This document shows, piece by piece, positions 39,743 to 51,106 of a DNA stretch of 64,000 nt; position 1 is the stretch's first letter; each line of letters begins with the position of its first letter. Source of the stretch: Pecten maximus. Its lineage: Eukaryota. The position numbers were made by a program, and so were the translations under genes. The DNA is taken from the NCBI RefSeq assembly GCF_902652985.1, contig NC_047015.1, positions 55,428,001-55,492,000 of the forward strand, written 5' to 3'. The notes under the pieces were generated by a model that had not been told where the DNA came from, did not search any database, and saw nothing but the letters and a program-made list of their open reading frames with translations.

Positions 39743-42189
39743 CTTACTCTAATTGAAAACTAACAGACAAGATCTTACATAAAACACAGATGACTCTCAC
39801 CTTCTCCATTTGTCTACTCAATAATGACAACAAGGCTGGAGGGGACAGGGAGCCGTGCCTCAGTGTCACACTAATGATAGGGTATAGACCTGTCACCTGA
39901 TGGAGATGTCACTTAGTTATAGGCTCTTGTCTATAAATAGATTTAAATCTTAAATGTTGTATAATATATCCTATCACTGTGTCCTGTTATGCAACACTCG
40001 GATAACACAGGGTGTCACTTGACAAATTATCGTTCAATTGCAAACTGAAAAACTTCTCATCAGTTGTGATAAGTATAGTTTTAAACCTGTTCAAACTTTG
40101 AAAAAAAAACAATATTTAAATTTAATTTGTAAGATCTATATAAAGGTATTGAATTTGATTTATTTAGAAAGAACCGGTTCAATATTGCTAATTTTATGGA
40201 TAGTTACCTGTAACTTTTAAGACAGTTTATTTTTGGGCGTAAAAAAGATCTAATGAATATTCAATGTTAAAATATTTTTCTGTTTACAACTCTCTCACAT
40301 TATTTTTCATGTGTGTTAAATAAATATTTTCTACTGATGGATTTCTTTTCTGGTTATATTATGAGAATTACTTGTTCAAAACTTGTGCATGAAATTTTTT
40401 GACATGCTTCCGATGCAGATTATGCGCAGGATGACAAAGAAATGACATCATGTACTCTCCGTAGAATTAAGCTTCTGTTCGGCATGAGATCAGCCCTGTC
40501 AAATGTGTCATTTCCATCACCAATATATGCCCATATGACCCGAGCTTGTAATTTTTTCTTGTCCCGAAAAAGCTCCAATTAGGAAAGGCATATAATAATT
40601 TTTAAACTTTCACATAAATAAACTAAACCTTGTCCTATTGTGCGGAAATCTTCTATAGGAGTTTTTGTCTGAAAAATCTCAATTAAACTGTTAATTTGCA
40701 ATTTTCAGAAAATTTGCCCGTAAATAAAGTCATGGCATGTTATTTATAAATATTCTGTGTCATCCTATTGCAGATTTGTTCTAAAAAGTTTGAATCACGC
40801 TGGCATTAAGTATTTTCCAAAAATTGCTGATAAATAGTGTCATGCCCCTATTTTGCAAAACATATTGTATATCATATGCTAATGAGATGAGATGTGTTGA
40901 ATGATTGCACAAGGTCAATGTTTTCCCAGCCTTGGGTGACATATAAATCATTCCCTATGCTGATAACACTGCTGGTGGCTTGTATATTATATACTGAAAG
41001 TCCAGATTGAATTAATCATACGATTTAGCTCAATTACTCGGTAAATGCTACCAGAATCAGACACGGACCATTATCTTTATGGATGGGCAGACAAATGTAT
41101 GGCCTGTGGCTGAAACTTGAGCCAAACATAAAAATTTGTCAACAGAATTTAGATTTCCATGATATTTTCAGTGTGTGGCTACGTATGTCTGTTTTGATAT
41201 ACAGTGACTATGTATCATTTTTTTTATCCTTTTACCCAGAATCCCGACTTTTCTTAACAGAATCTGAAGGCAGGCATACTTGTCAGAATACATTTGGATC
41301 AAGAAATCTTCCAGTCTATGAATATGGAGCCTTGTAATCTTCGTTTGCTGAAGTAGTTTTGCTATCTTTGGAATGCAGGATTTGATATGAGAATGCTGGG
41401 GCAAGCATACGATGATTGTCATTCGATTTACATGAAACCTTACACAGTCTTATGAAATTGTTATGTCTACATGGCTTTTTCTGTAATTTCTTCATCATTC
41501 TTGAAGAGAATAGATTTGATCGAGGAATATCCTGCAGCTAGCTTGGAAAAAATGTCAACGGACTAAAGACAGAACTCTTCGTCGGTTTAGGGATATGTTA
41601 AAATCTTTATCTTTTCGACAGATATCCGTGTGATCTATCTCGGGAAGAAGTCCGTCTTTATCAAGGATTTATGCTATCTCTGTCCAGGCGTCTGTAGTGT
41701 TTATGAATTGATGTCCATATCTCTGCTATCTTCATAGTCCGGAGTCACAGTTCTGCCCCCGGACTGGTAAATTGTGTCAGTCCAATAGCTAATCTGCTTG
41801 TCCCTGCCGGAATTAGTGGAAGTCGAGTAGACAGTTGTACACACAGGAGTATAGCTGTATACATCTGGCCCTGTGATACCCAGTAAACATACGGCACCCC
41901 ACCTGTCCGACCAGAAACACTTGTAACTAATATCTGTACCCTGTCACCTGATAACATGGTTGACTATAGACCTATATATATATCTATATAGGTAAGATAT
42001 AAGTTACATAAGGTTGTTGAAGCTCTATAGAAAAAGATTGTACACCTTTTCGGCTCCAGGCTGGCTCCGTAAGCATTGTCAGTGTAAACCTACACTAACT
42101 AACACTTTCCACCCCCTGGTACTCAATGTACTTGTAGACAATATCTGATGTTTCGCACACAATTACACCAAAGATTCATTGCACTATAC

Positions 42190-42235
42190 GGGGTCAGGGG
42201 TTGGGGGTTGGGGGTCGGGGGTTGGGGGTCAGGGG
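42190..42235 (+). other. G-quadruplex-forming motif
   Basis: Seven runs of 4-5 G separated by 2-3 nt. Confidence 0.7.
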
Positions 42236-43544
42236 ACAAAACATAGGTACTGGAGTTTTTACCCAGCAGTTTTTTAAACATTTATTATGGGAAAGTTTAC
42301 TGAACAGATGGAATGTACGTCACACTATTAATCAAAATCGTTCATGTACGTTCCATTACACAATAGAGAGGATAATTATCATTACGTGTGTATGTAGGCT
42401 ACACATATGCGTTGACACTATGACATATACGTGTATGAAAAGATATGTTATATACTCAATTTCACGATATTTTGTAATCACAGCAATTTATTCAAATCAA
42501 TGATTTTAGAAAAATTCACAAAATTAGAGACTTCATTTAAAGATTATACCTTGTGAATATTTTCATTCTTTTGATTATAATCGTCCATTGTTTTTTAATT
42601 CAATTGCTTACAAGAATGTTGATATATAGAAAACAAAAAAAGAAATAGAAAAAAACAAAAAACAAAAAAAAAACATACATGTTGCCTTGAGATGTTCAAT
42701 ATGTTTAAAATTCAACATTGGTATTCTTAATGGGATGTTGACAATGTTTTTTACCCTCCTGCCAAGGATTGAATAATGATTGTAAACTTTGTTACTCGAT
42801 CATCATTTGGTTAAAATAAATTGTTCATGCTCTAGATTAAATTTATACAAAAGTTATATATTTTTATAACTTTTCACATTAAACACAGTTAATTTGGTGA
42901 TTTTAAAGTTATACAAAATTGCAGTGAAGAACAAAATGAAAAAAAGCTCTTATTTTTAAAGTGTAGGACTTGGAAAAATTTAAAAATTGGAAAAAAAAAA
43001 AGAAAAAAACTTCAAAAAGGGAGGTAATCCAATATATTTTTCCAATTTTTGAGGAAAAGGCACTAAACTTTTTGTCCATTTATGCTTATTACTGACTTTC
43101 TTATCCATTTATTTTTCCTTTTTTTGCTTCCTTCGTTTGTTTATCTATTTCATATCCAAAAGCTCCAATTTCACTTGACAATTAAATGAAGGCAGTTAGT
43201 ATATGGGTGACCTTAAGCTTTGTAAAAGATTGTGTGTACCAGAGATGTCTGTAGTTTAGGGATGGATGTCTGTATGTGTTAGGTATATATTTATAAATAA
43301 AACAGGTTGAGATACAGATCAAAATAAACAATGTTGAGGGGGAGAGTCTATATGTCCAATACATTACATAACAGCACACACTGCAAGGCCTCTCCCCTGA
43401 TGGGTGATGGCAGCAGGTATCTTGTGAATGGAAACCTTCCCTTTCACTCTGTTTATAAAGCTAGATTCCTGTCCCATGACCAAGTGATTGATGTATACAC
43501 ACTGGAACTGTTTCTACTGAATTCTTCCATGATCCTTTTAGCTT

Positions 43545-43662
43545 ATCCAAAGTGTCCAAATCCAAATTGTCCAAATCTAAAGTGTCCAAATCCAAAGTGT
43601 CCAAATGTAAAGTGTTCAGAAATAATTTGTCCAAAACCAAATTGTCCAAATCAAAATTGTTC
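43545..43662. repeat. 15-bp tandem repeat (TGTCCAAATCCAAAG-like)
   Basis: Direct reading. Confidence 0.85.
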
Positions 43663-44434
43663 ATAACAAGTTGTACATTTTCATGTTTTTTGTCAAAAGG
43701 CGTTCATTTTGAATCCCAGGATATTCAAGTTTTTAAAATGTTCAAATAACTAACTTAGGTATTAATTTATCATCTGTTGTAATTTTGTATCAACATGTTG
43801 TTAAGATAGCAAACTTGTATATATATATCTATGTCTGTGTAACTGGAAGTGATGGTATACCATTGGCCGCAGTTAACGAGATAGGAAGTGGCAAGTAATT
43901 AGTGGTTGGGTGCCAATTTCAGCCGATCACTGTGATAGTTAGCCGAAATGTTGTAATACTTTCAAGCAGCTGTATTACCTACATACATAGTTCTTTGTGG
44001 CAGGTATATCATTGGTTAGTAGGTTTGGGGAAGGAGGGAAGAAATGGGGAACGAGAGAAGGTGTGTATTTGGAATAGACATAATAAAACAACCCAAATCA
44101 TTATAGGGTTGGTGACTTGTAATGTTGTTTTAAAATCAGGCGTATGTTTGAGGAGACAACAGTAGCTGTTATTTTAAAGTATCATTGTAGATGTGTATAG
44201 GAATAACATAGCACACAATATGAACATCCAGCTAAGCATTCCTTGGTAATGCAGGAAACCTGATTAACACAGAGTATTTTAAGTAAATTAGAAAGTGCTA
44301 TTTTTAGTGCACCTGCCCTAGAGAACAAAGCTGATTTAGGATTTGGTGGGGAGCTATTTCAATACATCATACATTTATTTGTTCATCAGATTTCTTGTAA
44401 AATAAGTGTGATATATATTTTGTGTTTTTTTTAT

Positions 44435-44560
44435 GTCCGTTCTGTCCCGTTCCATCCAGTCCCATGCTGTCCCATCCCATTCCTTCCCGTCCCTTCCTGT
44501 CCCATTCCATTCCATACCATTCAGTCCCATTCCATTCTGTCCCGTTCCATCCCGTCCCGA
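44435..44560. repeat. Degenerate pentanucleotide repeat (TTCCA/TCCCG/TCCCA)n
   Basis: Direct reading. Confidence 0.8.
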
Positions 44561-45243
44561 TGCAATGTAACTAGGTTTTGGGGTGTCAAATGGCAGCAGG
44601 GGCATTTATGTCTTACAGACATTTTCTAGTTTTAATAACGTTTTTTTTTTTTGTAATCATTATATACAATTATCCATTATAAGATCAATTAAGAATCTTT
44701 CTGATTTTGTTGAAACTGCATCCAAATGATCACTTACTTTCGGAGAATTCTTGGGATTTATTTACCATGCGTGCTGAATTTAGTTTACCTTATTCAAAGG
44801 GTAAAAATGTATTTTTTTTAATTTATTCTTTTCATCGCTACAGTTGTTCTCTTTGTCAATGGAGTTTTAAGATATAGATAAAATCAGTAGAGATACATGT
44901 ACGAACAATGAATTCTTTTTTTTGTCATTTTTTTTGCAAGTCTGGATACAAATATTCTTTGTAGCAAAATAATAGTCAACTTGTAAGTTTCAGGTAATTA
45001 ATCATTTGACTGTGTGACACTTGGGAAACAAAAACAGGAAGTGACCTTGAGAATAATGTATACATTTGAAATAGACCAAAAGCATTAGGAATTAATGTAA
45101 AAAAAGGGGGAGAAAATGTTGTATTATATGTCTTCCGAAGGACATTTTCATGATGGCAGTTAGTGCCCACTTCTTTTGAGGTCACCTGTCTCAATTTTAA
45201 ACGTCACAAACTTGACACTGTAGCGTGACACCCCATATAGTTA

Positions 45244-48200
45244 TATTGTCTTAACAACAGACTTAATGAAAGATGTGTACAGAGGCCCTGTCATAATAAA
45301 AAAGATGGGGGAAAAATAATTTTAAAATACACAAAAATGAAGTCCTTTTATAATGAAGGTGTGTATGGAGACCCTGTCATAATAAAAGAAAATGAGAAAA
45401 AAAATTGAAATTTTTTTTTTCAAGATACACAAAAATGAAGTCCTAGTATAATGAAAGGACTAGCAGATCTTGAATGATCTGAGGGTGACTTTTGATGCTG
45501 GTAGTAATGAATTTTTTGACATTTAAGCTCATATTAGTCGCCTTGTATAGTCATGCAGTGGGTTTAAGCAGGCCAATTATATTCCTATATCATAAAACCT
45601 ACAGGGGATTATAGCTAAGGTGATAGGTTGTCACATCTAGATTATAATTAAAAATTCTCCTCCCTGTGGCTTTTCCCTTGCTATATATGTAGTGCAATAT
45701 GGTAGCGATCGTTGACTGGGGTATAGTTTACGAGGTGTTGGGAGTCATGTAAATATTTTCGCCACATTAGAACCACTTCTATATTAAGTAGAGGTGTTGT
45801 AGAGTCATAACCATTTGTTCGGGTCCAAGAATCTGAACATTGGTATTTGCTATTGGCTCTCTATGATTATTTGAGGTTAACACTAAATTACTGCTTCAGC
45901 CTGGATCAGGATCCCACTAAGGAAGTCAAGACATTAGTATTACCCCTAGCTAATCATCAACATTCTGGACATTCTCTGCAGAGAAAATGTTGGTAAACTC
46001 TGTCCATAGTTCTCAACACTTCAAAGCACAATCACCTCTTCTACGAAAAAAAAAACGCTACATTTTTTTTTTCTTCTCATGTGTACCTGCGAGAATTCAG
46101 GATTTAAAATAAATGGAATAAGTCTGGCACCAAACCTTATCACAGAGTCCATAATTCATAAACTAAACAATTTGCCCAGAGTTCTCAAAGTCAAATATTT
46201 GTGGAAATAGCCAATAGAGTTTCTTCCCCAGGAAACAAATTTTGTTTGCAGGGGGTCTGAAGTAACTGAATTTCGGTAGGTCGCCATCCAGCTGTTCAAA
46301 TGGCTTAGAGACCTTTAATACTAGCCTATAGGGCCGTACAACTCTCTGTTCCTCAACAGTGAACCTCGACTCCACCGGATCCAAAGTCTGCCTGCTTTTA
46401 TCCATTAATACAGTGTATGAATACGAGAGAGGAAGTCCAACTGTGGAATGTATTTATACAGCGTATAAAACCCTTGGTATGAAAATATTTCATGAAGTAA
46501 ACAACAATTGATATACGTTAATGCTGTGAACATTTCCTATGTATTTAAACTCAGGATTAGTGCCATAAAATTTGTAATAAATCTAGTTTATATTACCTTA
46601 TTTGGATACACACCAATTATGAACGACTATTCTAATACCATAAATAATCTCTTTATTGGGTCTGAAACGAATAAAATGCGTTTTAAGTCCGAGGATAAAT
46701 TCTGTATGTATGAGGTAACACGCTATGCGTGGATGTGAATTTCCATATAAATTTACTTTGAAGATAGCTCAAGTTATGACCCACTAGGCTTGTTTTATTG
46801 TTCCAAATTAAGTCCAATTCTCATGTCACGAATATAATTAAAATACAAATTCAAAATGAACTGCTTTCTTATTGTGGCCTGGCTGTGTGTAAAGTTAATT
46901 AACGCTATTCCTGTTCATTGAAATGTTTATTGTAAATGTTGTGTAACGTGTTATGCTGATACTCTATACATTCAAGATTTGGATAACGAGGTCACGCGAG
47001 TTTGATGTAAATAAACTATATCACTTCCATTCTGGACTGGTTTTAGCTTTTTCTATAAAGAAAAAAAATTGCAATTAACTGATTTTTACAAGACAATTAT
47101 TATTCCAGTTTTGAGTTTACAATAAATTTTCTTAAGAACTTTTCTCAATTCTAAGAGATCAGCATTAAGAATGATTTGAATATATTTTGCTTATATGTTA
47201 AATGGTTTTGTACATGTGTTCCTGTGTTGAAAGTTTGTAGTCCTATAAGTTTGAATTGGTTGGGAAAGTTTCTATTCTGACTGATTCCGCTTGTTGTAAA
47301 TTTGTACGACCTACTTTTGTTGTTTTTGCCTTGGTTTATGTAATGCTATGTGGAGTTTACCTAACAAGCTATGTGAAAAATGTAGCGTGAAATCAATTTT
47401 TCTAATTAGCAGCATATGAATACAGGCAGGAGTATGCTGTGGAGTCCTGGGTGGGAAAATCAGTTTACATTACAATGGGGATTCCAGACCAAAGTTAGGC
47501 AGCACACATATTAATTACTGGAAAGGTCAAATGCAAGGTCACTAAAGGTCATTGCAAAAAGATTGACACAGTCTCCCGGGGGAGATACACATCTTTAAGA
47601 TGGGATTCCCAAATCGCATAACTGCACTGATAAGAGGATATAGGCACGACTTTCACAGACGACATGGGGAGAAATTGTAGCTTGACATGACATTGGTAGA
47701 AAGTGTAGCTTGACATCGGGAGAAATCGTAGATCGGAGGACCATGAAAATGAATAAGCACTATTACCATATCTGTCAGTCGTGACAAGATTGTCTCCCTT
47801 TGAGGTAGATTGAGTTTCAATTTGGTTTGTCTTCACTAGCTTAAATAGGAAAATATATACTGTCAATGTGGTTATTTTTGTGGGGGATTTATTTTGCGAT
47901 TTCTATATTACGTGTTGGGGTAATTTTCACGATCGATCCATTCATTTGTAGCTTGAGATCAGGCAAATTGATATCAAAGAAGATGCGTTGGGGGAAATTT
48001 TCGCAATCAAAAGGACTCCACGTAATTAGCGTAAATTTTTCACATTTACATTACAACACAAATGACGGAAGGAAGACAATTTTATGACTCATGCCCTGAT
48101 CAGGCTTCAAATTCATGATCTACAGCACCTGATCACCTAGCCAGAAATACCTGTATCTTAAACCACTAGACCACATCCATGTTTTTAAAAAGGAACGCTT

Positions 48201-48977
48201 TAATGGCACACAGTGATAGTCAGCCTAATACCTTGACATGATCAAAGTTACAAATTGTCTATTTGATGATATGAATTCCTGGATAGCAATGTATATGCAT
48301 ATATGTATGTGATTGTACACAAAATATTACATATATTCAACAGTATTCATATATATCAAGATATGTGTATATATTTATTAATATTCATTGAGTACAACTA
48401 CGACAGGAAATTCAAATCTTTATCTTCGGATCACCAACACATAGTGCATATGATACATTGTGCTAAATATTTGATATACTGTATAACATGGTAACACAAC
48501 TGACGAAGGAAGACAACTTTATGACTCGTGCCCTGACCGGGCCTCAAACTCACAATCTACGATACCCAATCGCCTAGCCAGAAATACCCACAGCTTATAC
48601 CGCTGCGCCACATCGGCCTTCTTGATAAAGAACGTTTCATTGGTGCAGTGATAGTTGGCCTGAAATCCTTAATGGTCATTGTGGAAGTCGTCTATAAGAT
48701 GATATGAATACCTGGATCGAAATGTATTTACATACATGGATAAGAATTGTACATATATTATAAACATTTCTCTCGGTACAACTACGACAGGAAATTCAAA
48801 TCTTTATCTTCGGATCACCAACACATTGTGCATATGATACATTGTGCTAAATATTTGATATGTAACGTAGTAGCACAATTGACGAAGGAAGACAACTTTA
48901 TGTATATATATATATATACAAAGTCTGTTTTTTGTTATTTTTTATACATTCACCTTCGCAAGGACAGATTTCAATTT

Positions 48978-49016
<39 letters not shown>

Positions 49017-49117
49017 GCGTATACCGATATTATTTATCTGTCATAACAAAGGAAGCATTTGTGTAAACCCATATATTAAAAAATTTTTTACAACCAACTC
49101 TGTGATTTTAAAAGTGG
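45244..49117. repeat. Segmental direct repeat, copy A (~3.87 kb)
   Basis: Colinear and nearly identical to 51106-54934 from TATTGTCTTAACAACAGAC to ACAAAGGAAGCATTT, then TGTGATTTTAAAAGTGG; several ORF-track peptides recur in both copies. Confidence 0.97.
48056..48900 (-). mobile_element. Tandem ~380-440-bp units carrying tRNA-like (A-box/B-box) heads at 48092-48176 and 48529-48618; repeated in copy B at ~53957-54043 and 54389-54478
   Basis: Minus strand GGCCGATGTGGCGCAGCGGTATAAGC...GTGAGTTTGAGGCCCGGTCAGGGCA and GTGGTCTAGTGGTTTAAG...; GAAGGAAGACAA(C/T)TTTATG marks the unit at ~48068, 48505 and 48884. Confidence 0.65.
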
Positions 49118-50943
49118 ACTTGATATTGGGTCTGCAGCATGCTGAGGTGAAGGCTACCAAATTTGTTCAAATAAATGACCTTGACCTTCATTCAAGGTCA
49201 CAGGAGTCAAAAAGGCTAAAATCTTTAAACGACTTCTTCTCAATAACCAAAAGGCCTAGAGACCTAATATTGGGCCTGTAGCATGCTGGGGTGAAGGGCT
49301 ACCAAGTTTGTTCAAATGAATGACCTTGACCTTCATTCAAGGTCACAGGAGTCAAAAAGGCTAAAATCTTCAAACGACTTCTTCTCAACAACCAACAGTC
49401 CCAGGGAGTTGATATTGGGTCTGTAGCATGCTGGGGTAAAGGGCTACCAAGTTTGTTCAAATGAATGACCTTGACTTTCATTCAAGGTCACAGGAGTCAA
49501 AAAGGCTAAAAAAAAATTAGACGACTTCTTCTAAATAGCCAAAAGACCCAGGGACTTGATATTGGGTCTGCAGCATGCTGAGGTGAAGGGCTACCAAGTT
49601 TGTTCAAATGAATGACCTTGACCTTCATTCAAGGTCACAGGAGTCAAAAAGGCTAAAATCTTTAAACGACTTCTTCTCAATAACCAAGAGTCCCAGGGAC
49701 TTGATATTGGGTCTGTAGCATGCTCGGGTGAAGGGCTACCAAGTTTGTTCAAATGAATGACCTTGACTTTCATTCAAGGTCACAGGGGTCAAAAAGGCTA
49801 AAATCTTTAAACGACTTCTTCTCAATAACTAAGAGTCCCAGGGAGTTGATATTGGGTCTGTAGCATGCTCGGGTGAAGGGCTACCAAGTTTGTTCAAATG
49901 AATGACCTTGACCGTCATTCAAGGTCACAGGAGTCAAAAAGGCTAAAATCTTTAAACGACTTCTTCTCAATAACCAAGAGTCCCAGAGGCCTAATATTTG
50001 GCCTGTAGCATGCTGGGGTGAAGGGCTCCCAAGTTTGTTCAAATGAATGACCTTGACTTTCATTCAAGGTCACAGGAGTCAAAAAGGCTAAAATCTTTAA
50101 ACGACTTCTTCTCAATAACCAAGAGTCCCAGAGACCTAATATTTGGCCTGTAGCATGCTGGGGTGAAGGGCTACCAAGTTTGTTCAAATGAATGACCTTG
50201 ACCTTCATTCAAGGTCACAGGGGTCAAAAAGGCTAAAATCTTCAAACGACTTCTTCTCAATAACCAACAGTCCCAGGGAGTTGATATTGGGTCTGTAGCA
50301 TGCTGGGATGAAGGGCTACCTAGTTTGTTCAAATGAATGGCCTTGACCTTCATTCAAGGTCACAGGGGCCAAAAAGGCTAAAATCTTTAAACGACTTCTT
50401 CTCGATAACCAACAGTCCCAGAGACCTAATATTTGGCCTGTAGCATGCTGGGGTAAAGAGCTACCAAGTTTGTTCAAATGAATGACCTTGACTTTCATTC
50501 AAGGTCACAGGAGTCAAAAAGGCTAAAATCTTTAAACGACTTCTTCTCAATAACCAAGAGTCCCAGAGACCTAATATTTGGCCTGTAGCATGCTGGGGTG
50601 AAGGGCTACCAAGTTTGTTCAAATGAATGACCTTGACTTTCATTCAAGGTCACAGGAGTCAAAAAGGCTAAAATCTTTAAACGACTTCTTCTCAATAACC
50701 AAGAGTCCCAGAGAGTTGATATTGGGTCTGTAGCATGCTGGGGTAAAGGGCTACCAAGTTTGTTCAAATGAATGACCTTGACCTTCATTCAAGGTCACAG
50801 GGGTCAAAAAGGCTAAAATCTTTAAACAACTTCTTCTCAATAACCAAGAGTCCCAGGGAGTTGATATTGGGTCTGTAGCATGCTGTGGTGAAGGGCTACC
50901 AAGTTTGTTCAAATGAATGACCTTGACCTTCATTCAAGGTCAC
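49116..50943 (+). repeat. 145-bp satellite array, ~12.6 monomers (internal repeats of a Helentron-like element)
   Basis: CTACCAAGTTTGTTCAAATGAATGACCTTGA recurs at 49154, 49299, 49444, 49591, 49736, 49881 ... 50896. Confidence 0.97.
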
Positions 50944-51106
50944 GTCGATCAAGTATGCTTAAATCTTTAAATGACTTTTAGTGAAAAGCCAAAGTGCAGA
51001 GAGACATTATATTGGTCCTGTAGCATGCTTTCAAATAACTGCAGGATCCATATATGAAAAGATCACTGCATTGCAGGTGAGCGATTTGGGCCCATTGGGC
51101 CCTTGT
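49116..51106 (+). mobile_element. 5'-truncated non-autonomous Helentron (HINE-type) element
   Basis: Array ends in a diverged monomer followed by CAGGTGAGCG, the hairpin GGGCCC-ATT-GGGCCC (51088-51102) and TTGT, the usual 3' subTIR + stem-loop end. No 5' subTIR or microsatellite upstream of the array. Confidence 0.8.

Noticed and set aside
38188-39743. Overlapping Cys/Val/Gly-rich repeat ORFs up to 389 aa
   Set aside because: Same minisatellite read in several frames on both strands; unit-length variants shift frame.
46163-46405. 80-aa ATG-initiated ORF in the duplicated segment
   Set aside because: No recognisable domain, and copy B has a CAG-to-TAG change (~52212) that interrupts it.
48529-48618. 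Functional tRNA gene
   Set aside because: A- and B-box-like motifs are present, but acceptor and T stems do not pair properly and no clear anticodon arm is seen; treated as a SINE-type head.
49299-50933. Series of 60-aa MKVKVIHLNKLGS ORFs resembling a tandem gene family
   Set aside because: Each is the 145-bp satellite read across a monomer boundary from a non-ATG start.
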